The position numbers and the translations under genes were made by a program. The notes under the pieces were generated by a model. The model had not been told where the DNA came from. It did not search any database and worked only from the letters and a program-made list of their open reading frames with translations. Shown here in pieces: positions 41,302 through 51,407 of a stretch of 64,000 nucleotides of DNA (position 1 is its first letter; every line of letters starts with the position of its first letter). Source of the DNA: Candidatus Latescibacterota bacterium (GTDB lineage: Bacteria; Latescibacterota; UBA2968; GCA-2709665). The stretch lies in NCBI GenBank assembly GCA_963662665.2, contig CAXXJS010000016.1, forward strand, positions 32,001-96,000. Reading direction: 5' to 3'.

Positions 41302-42645
41302 TCAGGTTAACGCCTCGCACAGGCGGGTCACCGTGCTGTCGTCCGTCAGCTCACCAACGACCCGGTCGGAACCCACGTCCGTCAGGCGCACCGGCAGGAT
41401 GGAATTTTTCGCCTCATCGGGGCCCGCGGCGAACACGCGGATGTAGTTGTCGGTAACCCCCTGCAGATACCCCGTGCCCGGGTCGCGTCTGTCTTCGAAC
41501 AGTACGTGCGTCGTCCGCCCCGAAAAACGACGGCGGAAGGCCTCTGTTTTCCGCGAGCCAAGACGCCTCAGCAGGGCGCCTCGCCGCTTCTTCACGGCGG
41601 AATCCACCTCACCGCCCAACCGCGAGGCAGCTGTGCCGTTTCGCGGTGAAAAAGGAAACACGTGCAGGAACGCCAGCGGACCCTCTTCGATCAGGTCGTA
41701 CGTCCTGGCGAACGCCTCATCGGTCTCACCGGGGAATCCGACCATTACATCCGCGCCGAGGCCGATATCGGGAATCCTGTCCGCCAGCGTCTCGATCAGC
41801 GAAAGATACCGCGACCGGGTATACGGCCTGCGCATCGATCTCAGAATCCCATCGTCTCCGCTCTGCAAAGGAATATGCAGATGCCTGCAGAACCTGGATG
41901 AGGTTGAGAAGAAGTCGACCATCGCGTCACTGATAAACGAAGCTTCGATAGAACTCACTCTGAACCGCCGAAGTCCCTTTACCTGCTCGATCTCCTCGAA
42001 CAAATCGAGCAGTTCGAGGCCATCCTGGTCCGCGCCGTAGTCGCCAATATGAACGCCTGCAAGGACGACCTCCTGGTAACCCACGTCAACCAGCCGCCGT
42101 ACCTGATCAATACAGCTTTGAAGACCTCGACTCCGGCTTCGGCCCCTCGCAAACGGAATGACGCAGAAAGAGCAGAACTCGTTGCAACCCTCCTGTATCT
42201 TTACGAACGCCCGTGCCCTGCCGCCGAAATTATAGATATCCATGTCCTGAAATTCAGCAGTTCGACGTCGGGTCACGTAACTTCGACCGATGGAGCAGGT
42301 GTCGTTAATCAGATCCAGCAGCCTGGTCTTCTCCGCCGTGCCCACGACCAGATCGACCTCCGGCATATCGATCAGTACGTCCGGATCGGTCTGCGCATAG
42401 CACCCCATGGCCACAACTGTGCCTTCGGGCGATATCCGATGCGCCCGGCGCAATACCTGCCTGGATTGTGCGGCGCCCTGTCCCGTCACCGTGCAGGTAT
42501 TCACCACTGTCACGTCGGCAGGCAGGCCAAACGCCACCTCACGGTACCCCTCCTGTGTGAATTGCTCGCGGTACCATTCCGTATCGTAGGTATTCAATTT
42601 GCAGCCCAGCGTGTAGAACGATACGGTTTTGTCGTTTCCGTTCAT
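41302..42645 (-). CDS. mtaB: tRNA t6A37 methylthiotransferase (radical SAM)
   Basis: TLGCKLN.YD, NTCTVT, GCYAQ, KIQEGCNEFCSFC, HVFPFSPR.GT, TDNY. Confidence 0.88.
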   Translation of the reverse strand: MNGNDKTVSFYTLGCKLNTYDTEWYREQFTQEGYREVAFGLPADVTVVNTCTVTGQGAAQSRQVLRRAHRISPEGTVVAMGCYAQTDPDVLIDMPEVDLVVGTAEKTRLLDLINDTCSIGRSYVTRRRTAEFQDMDIYNFGGRARAFVKIQEGCNEFCSFCVIPFARGRSRSRGLQSCIDQVRRLVDVGYQEVVLAGVHIGDYGADQDGLELLDLFEEIEQVKGLRRFRVSSIEASFISDAMVDFFSTSSRFCRHLHIPLQSGDDGILRSMRRPYTRSRYLSLIETLADRIPDIGLGADVMVGFPGETDEAFARTYDLIEEGPLAFLHVFPFSPRNGTAASRLGGEVDSAVKKRRGALLRRLGSRKTEAFRRRFSGRTTHVLFEDRRDPGTGYLQGVTDNYIRVFAAGPDEAKNSILPVRLTDVGSDRVVGELTDDSTVTRLCEALT

Positions 42646-42808
42646 CCGTCCGCTTTCTCATATTCAACGCGTTGTTTGCGCTGACCTGTCCAGTCGCGCC
42701 GGCAGGTCCTGAATGCCGAACTCCATTTCGGCGGCGGGGACCATACAACAAAGAGTTGAGGACAACTCCCCAACTCTTTGTTGCGAACGAACCTGTTGTC
42801 CGATAATC

Positions 42809-44755
42809 CTAAGCGTCCGATTTCGGCGCGGCCTCAGCCTCATCGGTCGTATCGGAAGCCTCCTTGGAAGGTGGGCCGTCTTCGCCGGCGCCGTCTTCCG
42901 CAGACTCGGTTTCCGCCCCTTCAGCGGGTTCTCCGGAAGTGGCTCCGGGTTCCACTGCCGACTCTGCATCCGCAGCCGGCTCCTTAGACTCTGCATCCGC
43001 AGCCGGCTCCTCCGAATCGGAGGCGGCCACCACGTCGCCCACTGTGACCGGCTTCGGCTGGTGGCTTTCTATATACGCATCGATCTCGGCCTGTTCGGCA
43101 TCGCGCAGGTATTCCTTTACACTCAGAACGATCTTCCGCTGCTCTTCATCGAACTCAACGACCTTGAGCGGCAACTCATCCTGTTCCGAGAAGTGGGTCT
43201 GAGGGGTCTGCAGATCCGACATCCCCAACTGCGAAACCGGAATAAAACCCTCGACGTCCCCCGCCAGGTCGACCACAACTCCGCGTTCGAGCAACCGCGA
43301 GATCCTACCATCCGTCGTTTTACCCACCGCGTACTGAACTGCCAGCTCAGACCAGGGATTTTCGATGGTCTGTTTGTGACCCAGTGAAATACGACGACGC
43401 CTCTTGTCGACATTCAGGACGACCACGTCGACGTGCTCTCCCTTCTTGACAACGTCGCTGGGATGACGCACTCGCCGGGTCCATGACATATCGGAAATAT
43501 GAACGAGGCCGTCGATGCCCTCTTCGATTTCCACAAACGCACCGAAGTTCACCAGGTTGCGCACCAGGCCGGTCAGCCGGGTACCCACGGGGTATTTCTC
43601 GTCAAGCGTAAGCCAGGGGTCGTCGGTTGTCTGCTTCAGCCCGAGCGAAATCTTCTGACCCTCTTTGTCTACATTCAGAATCACAACCTTCAACTGGTCG
43701 CCTATGGAAACAAGCTTGGAAGGATGGCGGATATGCTGCGTCCAGGACATCTCCGAGATGTGGACCAGGCCCTCCACGCCCTGTTCCAGTTCAACAAAGG
43801 CGCCGTAGTCCGTAATGCTCACCACTTTGCCGTCCACCCTGGCGCCAACGGGGTATTTGTCCTCGACATTTTCCCACGGGTGTGGCGTAAGTTGCTTCAT
43901 GCCCAGTGAGATCCGCTCGCGCTCCTCGTCGTAGTTGAGCACCTTTACCTGGATATCGTCGCCAATGGACAACACTTCCGATGGATGTCCGATCCGACCC
44001 CAGGAAATGTCGGTAATGTGCAACAACCCGTCCAGCCCCCCCAGGTCGATAAACGCACCGAAATCCGTGATGTTCTTCACGGCGCCTTCCCGGACCTGGC
44101 CGACTTCCAGCGTTTCAAGAATCTGTTTGCGCAGGCGCTCCCGCTCGGCCTCCAGAACGACGCGCCTGGAGACGACGATATTACGCCGGTTCTTGTTGAG
44201 TTTGATGATGCGAAAGGGGAAAACTTCGCCGATGAACTGATCGAAATTCTTCACCTGCTTGATATCGATCTGGGATCCGGGCAGAAACGCGTCTACGCCG
44301 AACAAATCCACCACGATTCCACCCTTGATACGGCGAACCAGCCGGCCCTCGACGATCTGATCGCTGTCGTAGGCGTCTTTGATACGGTCCCACACCCGCA
44401 TAAAGTCGGCCTTCTGTTTTGACAGCACAATCTGACCTTCCTGGTCTTCCACATCTTCGAGATAGACCTCGATTTCCTGGCCCACCTCGACTTCGGACGG
44501 GTCGGCAAACTCGGAAAGCGGTATGGCGCCTTCTGACTTGAATCCGATATCGACGACAACAGAGTTTTCAGCAACCGCCAAAACGGTCCCCGAGACAATC
44601 TCACCCTCGGATATATTGCTCATCGTATCTTCGTACAGACTCATCATCGAGGCAAATTCCTCTTCCGAGTATTCGCGTTCGTCCAACGCTTCCAGTGCTT
44701 CCTCGCTCGACAGTTGGGAAACGGTCTGGGGTGCGGTATTGTTTTCTTCCGACAT
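42809..44755 (-). CDS. rpsA: 30S ribosomal protein S1 with acidic C-terminal tail
   Basis: DIGFKSEG, AFLPGSQ, repeated GAFV..DGLxHISxxSW S1 domains. Confidence 0.97.
   Translation of the reverse strand: MSEENNTAPQTVSQLSSEEALEALDEREYSEEEFASMMSLYEDTMSNISEGEIVSGTVLAVAENSVVVDIGFKSEGAIPLSEFADPSEVEVGQEIEVYLEDVEDQEGQIVLSKQKADFMRVWDRIKDAYDSDQIVEGRLVRRIKGGIVVDLFGVDAFLPGSQIDIKQVKNFDQFIGEVFPFRIIKLNKNRRNIVVSRRVVLEAERERLRKQILETLEVGQVREGAVKNITDFGAFIDLGGLDGLLHITDISWGRIGHPSEVLSIGDDIQVKVLNYDEERERISLGMKQLTPHPWENVEDKYPVGARVDGKVVSITDYGAFVELEQGVEGLVHISEMSWTQHIRHPSKLVSIGDQLKVVILNVDKEGQKISLGLKQTTDDPWLTLDEKYPVGTRLTGLVRNLVNFGAFVEIEEGIDGLVHISDMSWTRRVRHPSDVVKKGEHVDVVVLNVDKRRRRISLGHKQTIENPWSELAVQYAVGKTTDGRISRLLERGVVVDLAGDVEGFIPVSQLGMSDLQTPQTHFSEQDELPLKVVEFDEEQRKIVLSVKEYLRDAEQAEIDAYIESHQPKPVTVGDVVAASDSEEPAADAESKEPAADAESAVEPGATSGEPAEGAETESAEDGAGEDGPPSKEASDTTDEAEAAPKSDA
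42960..43011 (-). repeat. Two 25-bp direct repeats (27-nt period) in the rpsA tail encoding EPAADAES
   Basis: GACTCTGCATCCGCAGCCGGCTCCT at 42960 and 42987. Confidence 0.9.
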
Positions 44756-44860
44756 GAAACAGCGACCTCCTTGGCCGTTCCGCCAGAGGCAGTTGCCCCG
44801 AACTTGCGGTTCGGCGTAAAGAAACGGGGAAAAGACGGAGAACGGATCTCCGCAGGAACC

Positions 44861-45544
44861 TTACCGACGCTTAAGCATTGAACCCGTCGCAGGCGGGCCG
44901 GTATTGCGCCTGCGCGGCTGCAGATTACCTATTCTGCGCATCACCTCGCTACTGATGGAGTGGTAGGCGGCTCGCCGCCTGGCGGGCAAGCCGCCTGGAA
45001 CTGCACAAATCGGTTTGCCGAACCGCACTGTTACCCGGTTCAGGCCGATCAGGCTCGTCCACAGGTTTGCCGTACCGGAAATGTAGACCGGAACCACCGG
45101 AACCCGTACCCGGTAAGCCAACATACCGACGCCGTCCTTGGGCGGCCTGAGCCTGGATGTCTTGTTACGCGTGCCCTCCGGCGATAGAAACATCGCACCG
45201 CCGGCCTTTAGGCACTGTTCGATACGCCGCAATGCGCCGCGGTCCCCGCGAGACCGATCGATTGGCAGCGCGTTCATTTTCCGCATCAGCCAGCCGAGAA
45301 TCGGAACAAGAAACGCTTCCCGCTTGGTAACATACGAAAGTTCACGGCCCGCCGCAACCCCGATAAATACGGGATCTGCGTAGGACGCGTGGTTGCATGC
45401 CAGAATAACGCCGCCGCGACGCGGCACAAAATCACTGCCGGCGACGCGAAGCCTGAAAAGGCAGCTGCACAATCCCGTGCCAAGCGCCCAGATGAACCGG
45501 TAAAAGTGATTGCCGGGTCGTCCTGTGTAGATATCCGTTCGCAT
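44861..45544 (-). CDS. plsC: 1-acyl-sn-glycerol-3-phosphate acyltransferase
   Basis: NHASYAD (HxxxxD), PIDR, PEGTR, VPVVP. Confidence 0.88.
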   Translation of the reverse strand: MRTDIYTGRPGNHFYRFIWALGTGLCSCLFRLRVAGSDFVPRRGGVILACNHASYADPVFIGVAAGRELSYVTKREAFLVPILGWLMRKMNALPIDRSRGDRGALRRIEQCLKAGGAMFLSPEGTRNKTSRLRPPKDGVGMLAYRVRVPVVPVYISGTANLWTSLIGLNRVTVRFGKPICAVPGGLPARRRAAYHSISSEVMRRIGNLQPRRRNTGPPATGSMLKRR

Positions 45545-45563
45545 CGTAGACACGTGGGCCCCG

Positions 45564-46247
45564 TTAGAGGCCGCTCTCACGGGCAAGCGCCACCACGCGG
45601 GCGACCTGTTCATCGATACTCAGGCCGGTGGTATCCACCGTTATGGCATCCGGGGCCGGCCACGGTCCAAAACGCCGTTGAGTGGCCATGTCACGTGCGT
45701 CGCGCTCGCGAATCTGAGCGACTAACTCACCCAGATGCGTCTTGACGCCTCGATCGCGCAAGGCCCGTTGTTGGCGCCGCGCCCGCTCAGCGACATCCGC
45801 AACGAGAAACACTTTCAGGTCCGCGCCGGGAAAAATCGCCGTTCCCGTATCCCTGCCTTCAAGCACGATACCTCCGTCGGCGGCCATCTCCTGCTGGCGC
45901 GCCACCAGGGTCTCTCGAACCGCGGTATGCACGGCAACCCGGGAGGCGGCATCGGCAACTTCCGGTGTACGGATCATGCCGGTCACGTCCTCCTCGTCGA
46001 TCAGAACCCGCTGGCCGCCGTCCTCCAGCCGAAAGTTGAATGTCGAAGCGTCGGCCGTGTCGGACGACGCGGCCGCGTCGTCCGGGCTGGTACCCTTACG
46101 AATCAGGGTCAAACCCAGTGCGCGGTACATGGCGCCGGTATCCAGATAAAGATATCCCAGCCTGTTGGCGACGCCATGTGCCGTTGTACTTTTTCCCGAC
46201 CCCGCGGGACCGTCGATGGCAATTATAATACCCCTTTTACCCATCAC
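45564..46247 (-). CDS. cmk: Cytidylate kinase
   Basis: IAIDGPAGSGKST, LDTGAMYRA, EGRDTGT. Confidence 0.95.
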   Translation of the reverse strand: MMGKRGIIIAIDGPAGSGKSTTAHGVANRLGYLYLDTGAMYRALGLTLIRKGTSPDDAAASSDTADASTFNFRLEDGGQRVLIDEEDVTGMIRTPEVADAASRVAVHTAVRETLVARQQEMAADGGIVLEGRDTGTAIFPGADLKVFLVADVAERARRQQRALRDRGVKTHLGELVAQIRERDARDMATQRRFGPWPAPDAITVDTTGLSIDEQVARVVALARESGL

Positions 46248-46265
46248 AACCCTCGGCCTCGATTG

Positions 46266-47015
46266 CTACGGAGTCGTTCTCCCCCCATCCGCGCCGACCC
46301 GTCGTTCATCCGGCTTTCCGCCCGCCCCGCGGGAATCGGAGGCCGTTCCGGAATCGTCTTCGGAGCCGGCGCCGGGATTCCCCGCTTCCCCTTCCGGACG
46401 GGCTATGGCTTCCGGGAGGCCGCCTGGAGCAGACGCCGCGGCTGCTTTGTCGGCCAGTAACTCATCCAATTCCCTGACCTTTGGCAGATCCGACAACGTC
46501 TTCAGTCCGAAGTGCTTCAAGAAGTCCCGCGTCGTTCCGTAAAGCAGCGGCCTACCAGGGGCTTCCGACCGGCCTGCGATGCGGATCAATCCCTTCTCGA
46601 GCAGGTGCCGCAACACCCCGTCTACAGACACCCCGCGTATGTGTTCCACCTCGGCCTTCATTACCGGCTGCTTGAATACGATGATGGCCAGCGTTTCCAG
46701 GGCTGCCGACGACAGGCGGACGGGCGCCTTGTCTTTCAGAAGACGCCGTATCCATGCTCCGTATTCCGAATGCACCAGGAACTGGAATCCGCCGGCGATT
46801 TCCGAGATTTTGAAGCTGCGCCCGGTCCTGCCGTATTGCTCGTTCAGATCTTCCACGTACGCACGCACGTCTCCTGGCCGCACACCATCCAGTATAGAAG
46901 CAATCTGGCTGGCGCCCAGCGGTCTGTCCGACGCCATCAATAACGCCTCGAGAATTCCCTGATTGCGCGCGTCTTCATCCGACGCGACCGCGTCTGTGCC
47001 ATACGATTCGCGCAT
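46266..47015 (-). CDS. scpB: SMC-ScpAB subunit ScpB
   Basis: LEALL, LSSAALETLAII..KQP, IRGV, PGRPLLYGTT.DFL..FGL..L.DLP. Confidence 0.95.
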   Translation of the reverse strand: MRESYGTDAVASDEDARNQGILEALLMASDRPLGASQIASILDGVRPGDVRAYVEDLNEQYGRTGRSFKISEIAGGFQFLVHSEYGAWIRRLLKDKAPVRLSSAALETLAIIVFKQPVMKAEVEHIRGVSVDGVLRHLLEKGLIRIAGRSEAPGRPLLYGTTRDFLKHFGLKTLSDLPKVRELDELLADKAAAASAPGGLPEAIARPEGEAGNPGAGSEDDSGTASDSRGAGGKPDERRVGADGGRTTP

Positions 47016-47099
47016 AGAAAGGATACAAGATCGGATTGAATTGCGGATCTCCGGAAGCAGCTTCGGGCTCGAGACGCCCGGCGAAAGGAGGTATCGGGC

Positions 47100-47903
47100 C
47101 TAACGTTCGGACGCCGGTTCCAATCCAGGCCCTGTTTCATCCTCATCACTTCCGTAAACCCAGATTTCGCCTACCGAATCGCTCTGTCTGGCAACGGCCC
47201 GCCCGGCCTTGATCAGTTCAAGCAGGGCGATGAAAGTAACAATGAGGACGATTCGGGGCAGACCGGAAACCAGATCCGAGAACTGGACTCGACGCCTCTG
47301 TTCCAGTATGTCAAGTACGGCCTCCATTCGTTCTTCGGTTGTCACTTCCAGCTGATGCACGTCGTGGTAATCCGCGTCAGGCGCAGCAATGAGGGCCGTT
47401 TTGAACGACGCCATCAGATCGAACAGACTCACCGAGCCATAGGTTGCCAACCGGTCCTGAACGACATCGTCGGTTTCTCCGGTATCCAGAGCGGCGCCCC
47501 GGTAAAATGAATCCCGATGTAACTCCTGTCTGTCTTCGAGCCAGTCGGCCACTTCCTTGAACTGCTGGTATTCCAGCAGACGCCGAACCAGTTCTTCCCG
47601 TGGATCCTCTTCATCCTCGTCTGCATCAGGATCTGAGGGAAGCAACATGCGAGACTTGATCTTCATCAGGGTGGCCGCCATAACCAGAAAATCCCCGGCC
47701 GGCTCCAGATTGAGCGTCTGCATCATTTCGACAAACTCCAGAAACTGCCGTGTGACGTCGGCGATGGGGATATCGTAAACGTCTATCTCGTCCTTGCGAA
47801 TCAGAAAAAGCAGCAGATCCAGCGGTCCCTCGAAGACATCCAGCTTCACCCCGTAGGCGTCGCCCCCGCCGTTTCCCTGAAATACATGCGATTCAGCACG
47901 CAT
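47100..47903 (-). CDS. scpA: SMC-ScpAB kleisin ScpA
   Basis: FEGPLDLLLFLI, FLVMAATL..IKSRMLLP, DPREELV.RL, TFIALLEL. Confidence 0.95.
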   Translation of the reverse strand: MRAESHVFQGNGGGDAYGVKLDVFEGPLDLLLFLIRKDEIDVYDIPIADVTRQFLEFVEMMQTLNLEPAGDFLVMAATLMKIKSRMLLPSDPDADEDEEDPREELVRRLLEYQQFKEVADWLEDRQELHRDSFYRGAALDTGETDDVVQDRLATYGSVSLFDLMASFKTALIAAPDADYHDVHQLEVTTEERMEAVLDILEQRRRVQFSDLVSGLPRIVLIVTFIALLELIKAGRAVARQSDSVGEIWVYGSDEDETGPGLEPASER

Positions 47904-47985
47904 CCGAACACGCTCCCCTGTCGGTCTGACCGGTCTCCGTACGGTTCGATTTCCAATTTTCCGGCTCGGTTTTCTGTCCCGCGCT

Positions 47986-48495
47986 TCAATCCATAAACAG
48001 ATACGGCCGCCACCGCCGGTCCGGCACGCCGATCAGCTGGCTGATGGAGGTGACCGTGCTGGGCCTGCGAGGTCGGCGCAACAGATTGATGCCTGCCTGT
48101 TCCGGCGTCTGATTGCCCTTGAGGTTATTGCAGGGCAGACATGCGCACACCAGATTCTCCCAGGTGTCCCTTCCATTTCCGGTACGGGGAACCACATGGT
48201 CCACTGTCATCGGACCCTTCCGGGTACCACAATACTGGCACCGGTGTCCATCACGTTTCAGGACGTTTTTCTTTGAGAGTGCGAGTTGTTTGGGGGCCAC
48301 GCGAACGTATAGCCCGAGACGTACGACACTGGGAACCGGAAACCGCTCTGAAACCGTTCGCACATACAGATCCAGCGCCTCAATGACCTCTGCCCGCCCG
48401 CGAAACACGAGAACAATAGCCCGCCGTACGCTACACACCTGAATGGGTTCGTAACTCTGGTTCAGGACCAGAACCGGCCGGTTCAGCAATGGCAT
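47986..48495 (-). CDS. HNH endonuclease
   Basis: VLVLNQSYEP, RD...CQYCG, TVDHVVP, WENLV.AC..CN..K. Confidence 0.92.
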   Translation of the reverse strand: MPLLNRPVLVLNQSYEPIQVCSVRRAIVLVFRGRAEVIEALDLYVRTVSERFPVPSVVRLGLYVRVAPKQLALSKKNVLKRDGHRCQYCGTRKGPMTVDHVVPRTGNGRDTWENLVCACLPCNNLKGNQTPEQAGINLLRRPRRPSTVTSISQLIGVPDRRWRPYLFMD

Positions 48496-48619
48496 ACACC
48501 CCCTTTTACAACGGCCCGGGGCGAAGAAATCGAACGCGGCTGAATCCCTGCGCCTGCGCTGCAGATGTTCCGGCCCGTTACCGCCAACAGACCGGCTGTG
48601 CGCACCTGATTTTACCTAA

Positions 48620-48778
48620 CAGCCCGTTGAAAAAGTCCATCCGGGCTACGTCCGGCCCTTGTGGCCGAATTACTGCGTTGCACTCCCTCCCCGAATCCCC
48701 GATTCGACGCGGTCGCGCGCCTTGCCTTCGGTCACAATGGCTCGGCCTCGCCTGCAGAGCGACTTTTTCAACGGACTG
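48620..48778. mobile_element. MITE copy B
   Basis: TIRs CAGCCCGTTGAAAAAGTC / GACTTTTTCAACGGACTG; homologous to 34169-34322. Confidence 0.82.
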
Positions 48779-48783
48779 CTGAA

Positions 48784-48812
48784 AAAATAAAGCCTCTATG
48801 AAACCATGTCAA
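48784..48812 (-). promoter_or_regulatory. Putative promoter for the HNH-scpA-scpB-cmk run, abutting MITE B
   Basis: Minus strand TTGACA-17-TATTTT. Confidence 0.5.
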
Positions 48813-48945
48813 GCGCGTACCACGCGCCGGCAATGAAAAACGGCAGGGTGGGGCCTCCCCGGTTCGGCGACCCATGGAGCGACCGTGAATATTCGGGTCA
48901 TTGAGCCGCGGCCGATGATCGATCGACGCGTTGAGCGGGTTGCTA

Positions 48946-49329
48946 TCACTCTTCAATAAGTTCGCCGTAGGCCTGCGGGCTGAGAAGCGATTCGATTTCG
49001 TCGCCGCTGGTCAATCGTACCACGATCATCCAGCCCTCACCGTATGGATCAGAGTTGATCAGAGCCGCATCCTCGCCAAGTTCCTCGTGAACCTCGAGCA
49101 CTTCGCCCGAGACGGGTGCGAAGAGTTCCTCAACGGTCTTCACCGCCTCGATCGTCCCGAATGCCTCGCCCTGCTCGATCTGATCTCCCGGTTCCGGCAA
49201 TTCGGCAAAGACGATATCGCCCAACTCGCCCTGTGCGTAGTCTGTGATACCAATCGTGCCTCGTTCGCCCTCGATACGAATCCACTCGTGCTCTGCAGTG
49301 TACATGAGGCCTACCGGAATCTCCGACAT
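48946..49329 (-). CDS. gcvH: Glycine cleavage system H protein
   Basis: HEW, IGITDYAQ.ELGDIVF, IEAVKT lipoyl-Lys, INSDPYGEGW. Confidence 0.95.
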   Translation of the reverse strand: MSEIPVGLMYTAEHEWIRIEGERGTIGITDYAQGELGDIVFAELPEPGDQIEQGEAFGTIEAVKTVEELFAPVSGEVLEVHEELGEDAALINSDPYGEGWMIVVRLTSGDEIESLLSPQAYGELIEE

Positions 49330-49430
49330 GATTGATGACTCCCGATTATAAAGAAAACCGATCTGTTGCGCCCGGGGGCGCTCGCCGACCCCACAGCTGT
49401 TACCGGAACGGTCAGGTGTCCGCCCGAATC

Positions 49431-50789
49431 TCAACCTCCATAACCTAATTTGACCACGAATTCCGTGTCGATTCGGCCAATTTGAAAATCAGAATGCCGC
49501 ATTGCATCCAGATGAAATGGAATTGTTGTAGGGATTCCCTCGATCACGAATTCCTCGAGCGCTCGGACCATGCGCGCGGTTGCTTCCTCACGGGTGTCTC
49601 CGTACGCCAGCAGCTTGGCAAGTAGCGAATCGTAGTGTGAGGGGACGCGATAGCCGGCATATGCGTGTGAATCGATCCTGATGCCCGGTCCGCCCGGCGC
49701 ATGAAACGTGCTGATTTCTCCCGCGGACGGCCGGAAGTTGTGATCGGGATCCTCAGCGTTAATGCGGCATTCGATGGCATGCCCCGAGGAATGTACGTCT
49801 TCCTGCGCAAACGGAAGCGGCTCTCCGGCCGCCACCCGAATCTGCGTCTTTACCAGATCGATTCCCGTCACCATCTCCGTGACCGGGTGTTCGACCTGAA
49901 TGCGGGTATTCATTTCCAGAAAATAGAAGCTGCCCGAAGCATCGAGCAGGAACTCCACGGTTCCGGCGCCTGAATAACCCACCGCCCTTGCCCCCGCAAC
50001 GGCTTCTTTTCCCATCCGCGCGCGCAGGTCCTCGTCGACCACGGGCGAAGGAGACTCCTCGATCAGCTTCTGATGACGCCGCTGGATGGAACACTCGCGT
50101 TCACCCAGGTGGACGATGTTGCCGGCGTTGTCGCCCATAACCTGGATTTCCACGTGTCGTGGCGCCACGACTTCCTTCTCCATATAAAGCGTGCCCGACG
50201 TAAACGCGGCGGACGCCTCGGCCTGCGCCGCGTTCCAGGACCGCTCGAGGTCCTCCGCCTGGCTCACGGTGCGCATGCCCCTCCCGCCACCACCGGCAAC
50301 CGCTTTCAGGCGAATCGGGTAACCGATCTCTTCGGCGGCCCGCTCCGCCTCATCGAGTGCGTGCAATACTCCGGTCCCGGGTGTTACCGGCACGTTTGCG
50401 GCCAGCATTGTCTCCCGCGCGACGGCTTTGTCTCCCATCCTGCGAATGGCCTCCGGCGACGGCCCGATGAACGCAATTCCGCACGAAGCGCACATTTCGG
50501 CAAAATCCGCGTTCTCTGCCAACGGACCGTACCCGGGGTGAATCGCATCGGCGTTGGTCACTTCCGCGGCGCTCAGAATTCGCGGGATGTTCCGGTAGCT
50601 CTGGTCTCCGGGAGGCGGCCCGATGCAGACATCCTCGTCGGCAACGCCGATGTGCAGTGAATTGGCGTCGGCCTCGGAATGCACCGCGACTGTCCCGATA
50701 CCAAGTTCCTTGCATGCCCGGATGACACGCACGGCGATTTCGCCCCGGTCGGCAATAAGGATTTTATCGAATAAGGGAATGGATGACAC
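49431..50789 (-). CDS. accC: Acetyl-CoA carboxylase biotin carboxylase
   Basis: [51 protein letters not shown]. Confidence 0.95.
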   Translation of the reverse strand: MSSIPLFDKILIADRGEIAVRVIRACKELGIGTVAVHSEADANSLHIGVADEDVCIGPPPGDQSYRNIPRILSAAEVTNADAIHPGYGPLAENADFAEMCASCGIAFIGPSPEAIRRMGDKAVARETMLAANVPVTPGTGVLHALDEAERAAEEIGYPIRLKAVAGGGGRGMRTVSQAEDLERSWNAAQAEASAAFTSGTLYMEKEVVAPRHVEIQVMGDNAGNIVHLGERECSIQRRHQKLIEESPSPVVDEDLRARMGKEAVAGARAVGYSGAGTVEFLLDASGSFYFLEMNTRIQVEHPVTEMVTGIDLVKTQIRVAAGEPLPFAQEDVHSSGHAIECRINAEDPDHNFRPSAGEISTFHAPGGPGIRIDSHAYAGYRVPSHYDSLLAKLLAYGDTREEATARMVRALEEFVIEGIPTTIPFHLDAMRHSDFQIGRIDTEFVVKLGYGG

Positions 50790-50842
50790 GACTGATTGGG
50801 TGGGACGGCGGCAGGGGCCGCCGCATCGATGAAAGAAGCGCC

Positions 50843-51316
50843 TTACAGCGGTTCGATGAGGAAAAGGGGTGTATTGTACTCCACGGGATTGCCATTCTCA
50901 ACCAGGACCCGGACCACCCGGCCCTTCGCATCCGCTTCGATTTCGTTCATGATTTTCATGGCTTCGATGATGCAGAGGGTCTGTCCGACCGACACGACGT
51001 CCCCCTCCTCTGCAAAGGGCGGCGATTCCGGGTTCGGCGCACGATAAAACATGCCTACCATAGGCGAACAGATACTGTGCAGGCCTTCAGTCTCGTCCGG
51101 CTCCGCGGAAGCGTTCGCTTCGTCGGGTTCGGCCGGCTGCGAAGCGGCGTGAACCTGAGCGACAGGTTGAATCGCGGTTGCATCGATGCCGGCGGCGATG
51201 CGTATTTTTCGAAGCCCCAGAATGCCGCGTTCGATTTCAATCTCCCGAACCTTGTCTTCGCCGACCAGCTCGATCAACCGCTGAAGGGTCTCCATTATAT
51301 TCTTGGAGAGTCTCAC
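50843..51316 (-). CDS. accB: Biotin carboxyl carrier protein
   Basis: [18 protein letters not shown]; GAAGGAG RBS before GTG 51316. Confidence 0.95.
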   Translation of the reverse strand: MRLSKNIMETLQRLIELVGEDKVREIEIERGILGLRKIRIAAGIDATAIQPVAQVHAASQPAEPDEANASAEPDETEGLHSICSPMVGMFYRAPNPESPPFAEEGDVVSVGQTLCIIEAMKIMNEIEADAKGRVVRVLVENGNPVEYNTPLFLIEPL

Positions 51317-51407
51317 GCGCGCTCCTTCGAAAAAGCAACAACCGGCAGTAAAGGATCGGGGGCCGCTGGACGAAGTGCCGCCCATCCCGATTCCCTGTGT
51401 TTCCGTA

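Noticed and set aside
47986-48495. HNH nuclease as a defence system or homing element
   Set aside because: Common stand-alone family; no methylase, intron or other defence genes adjacent
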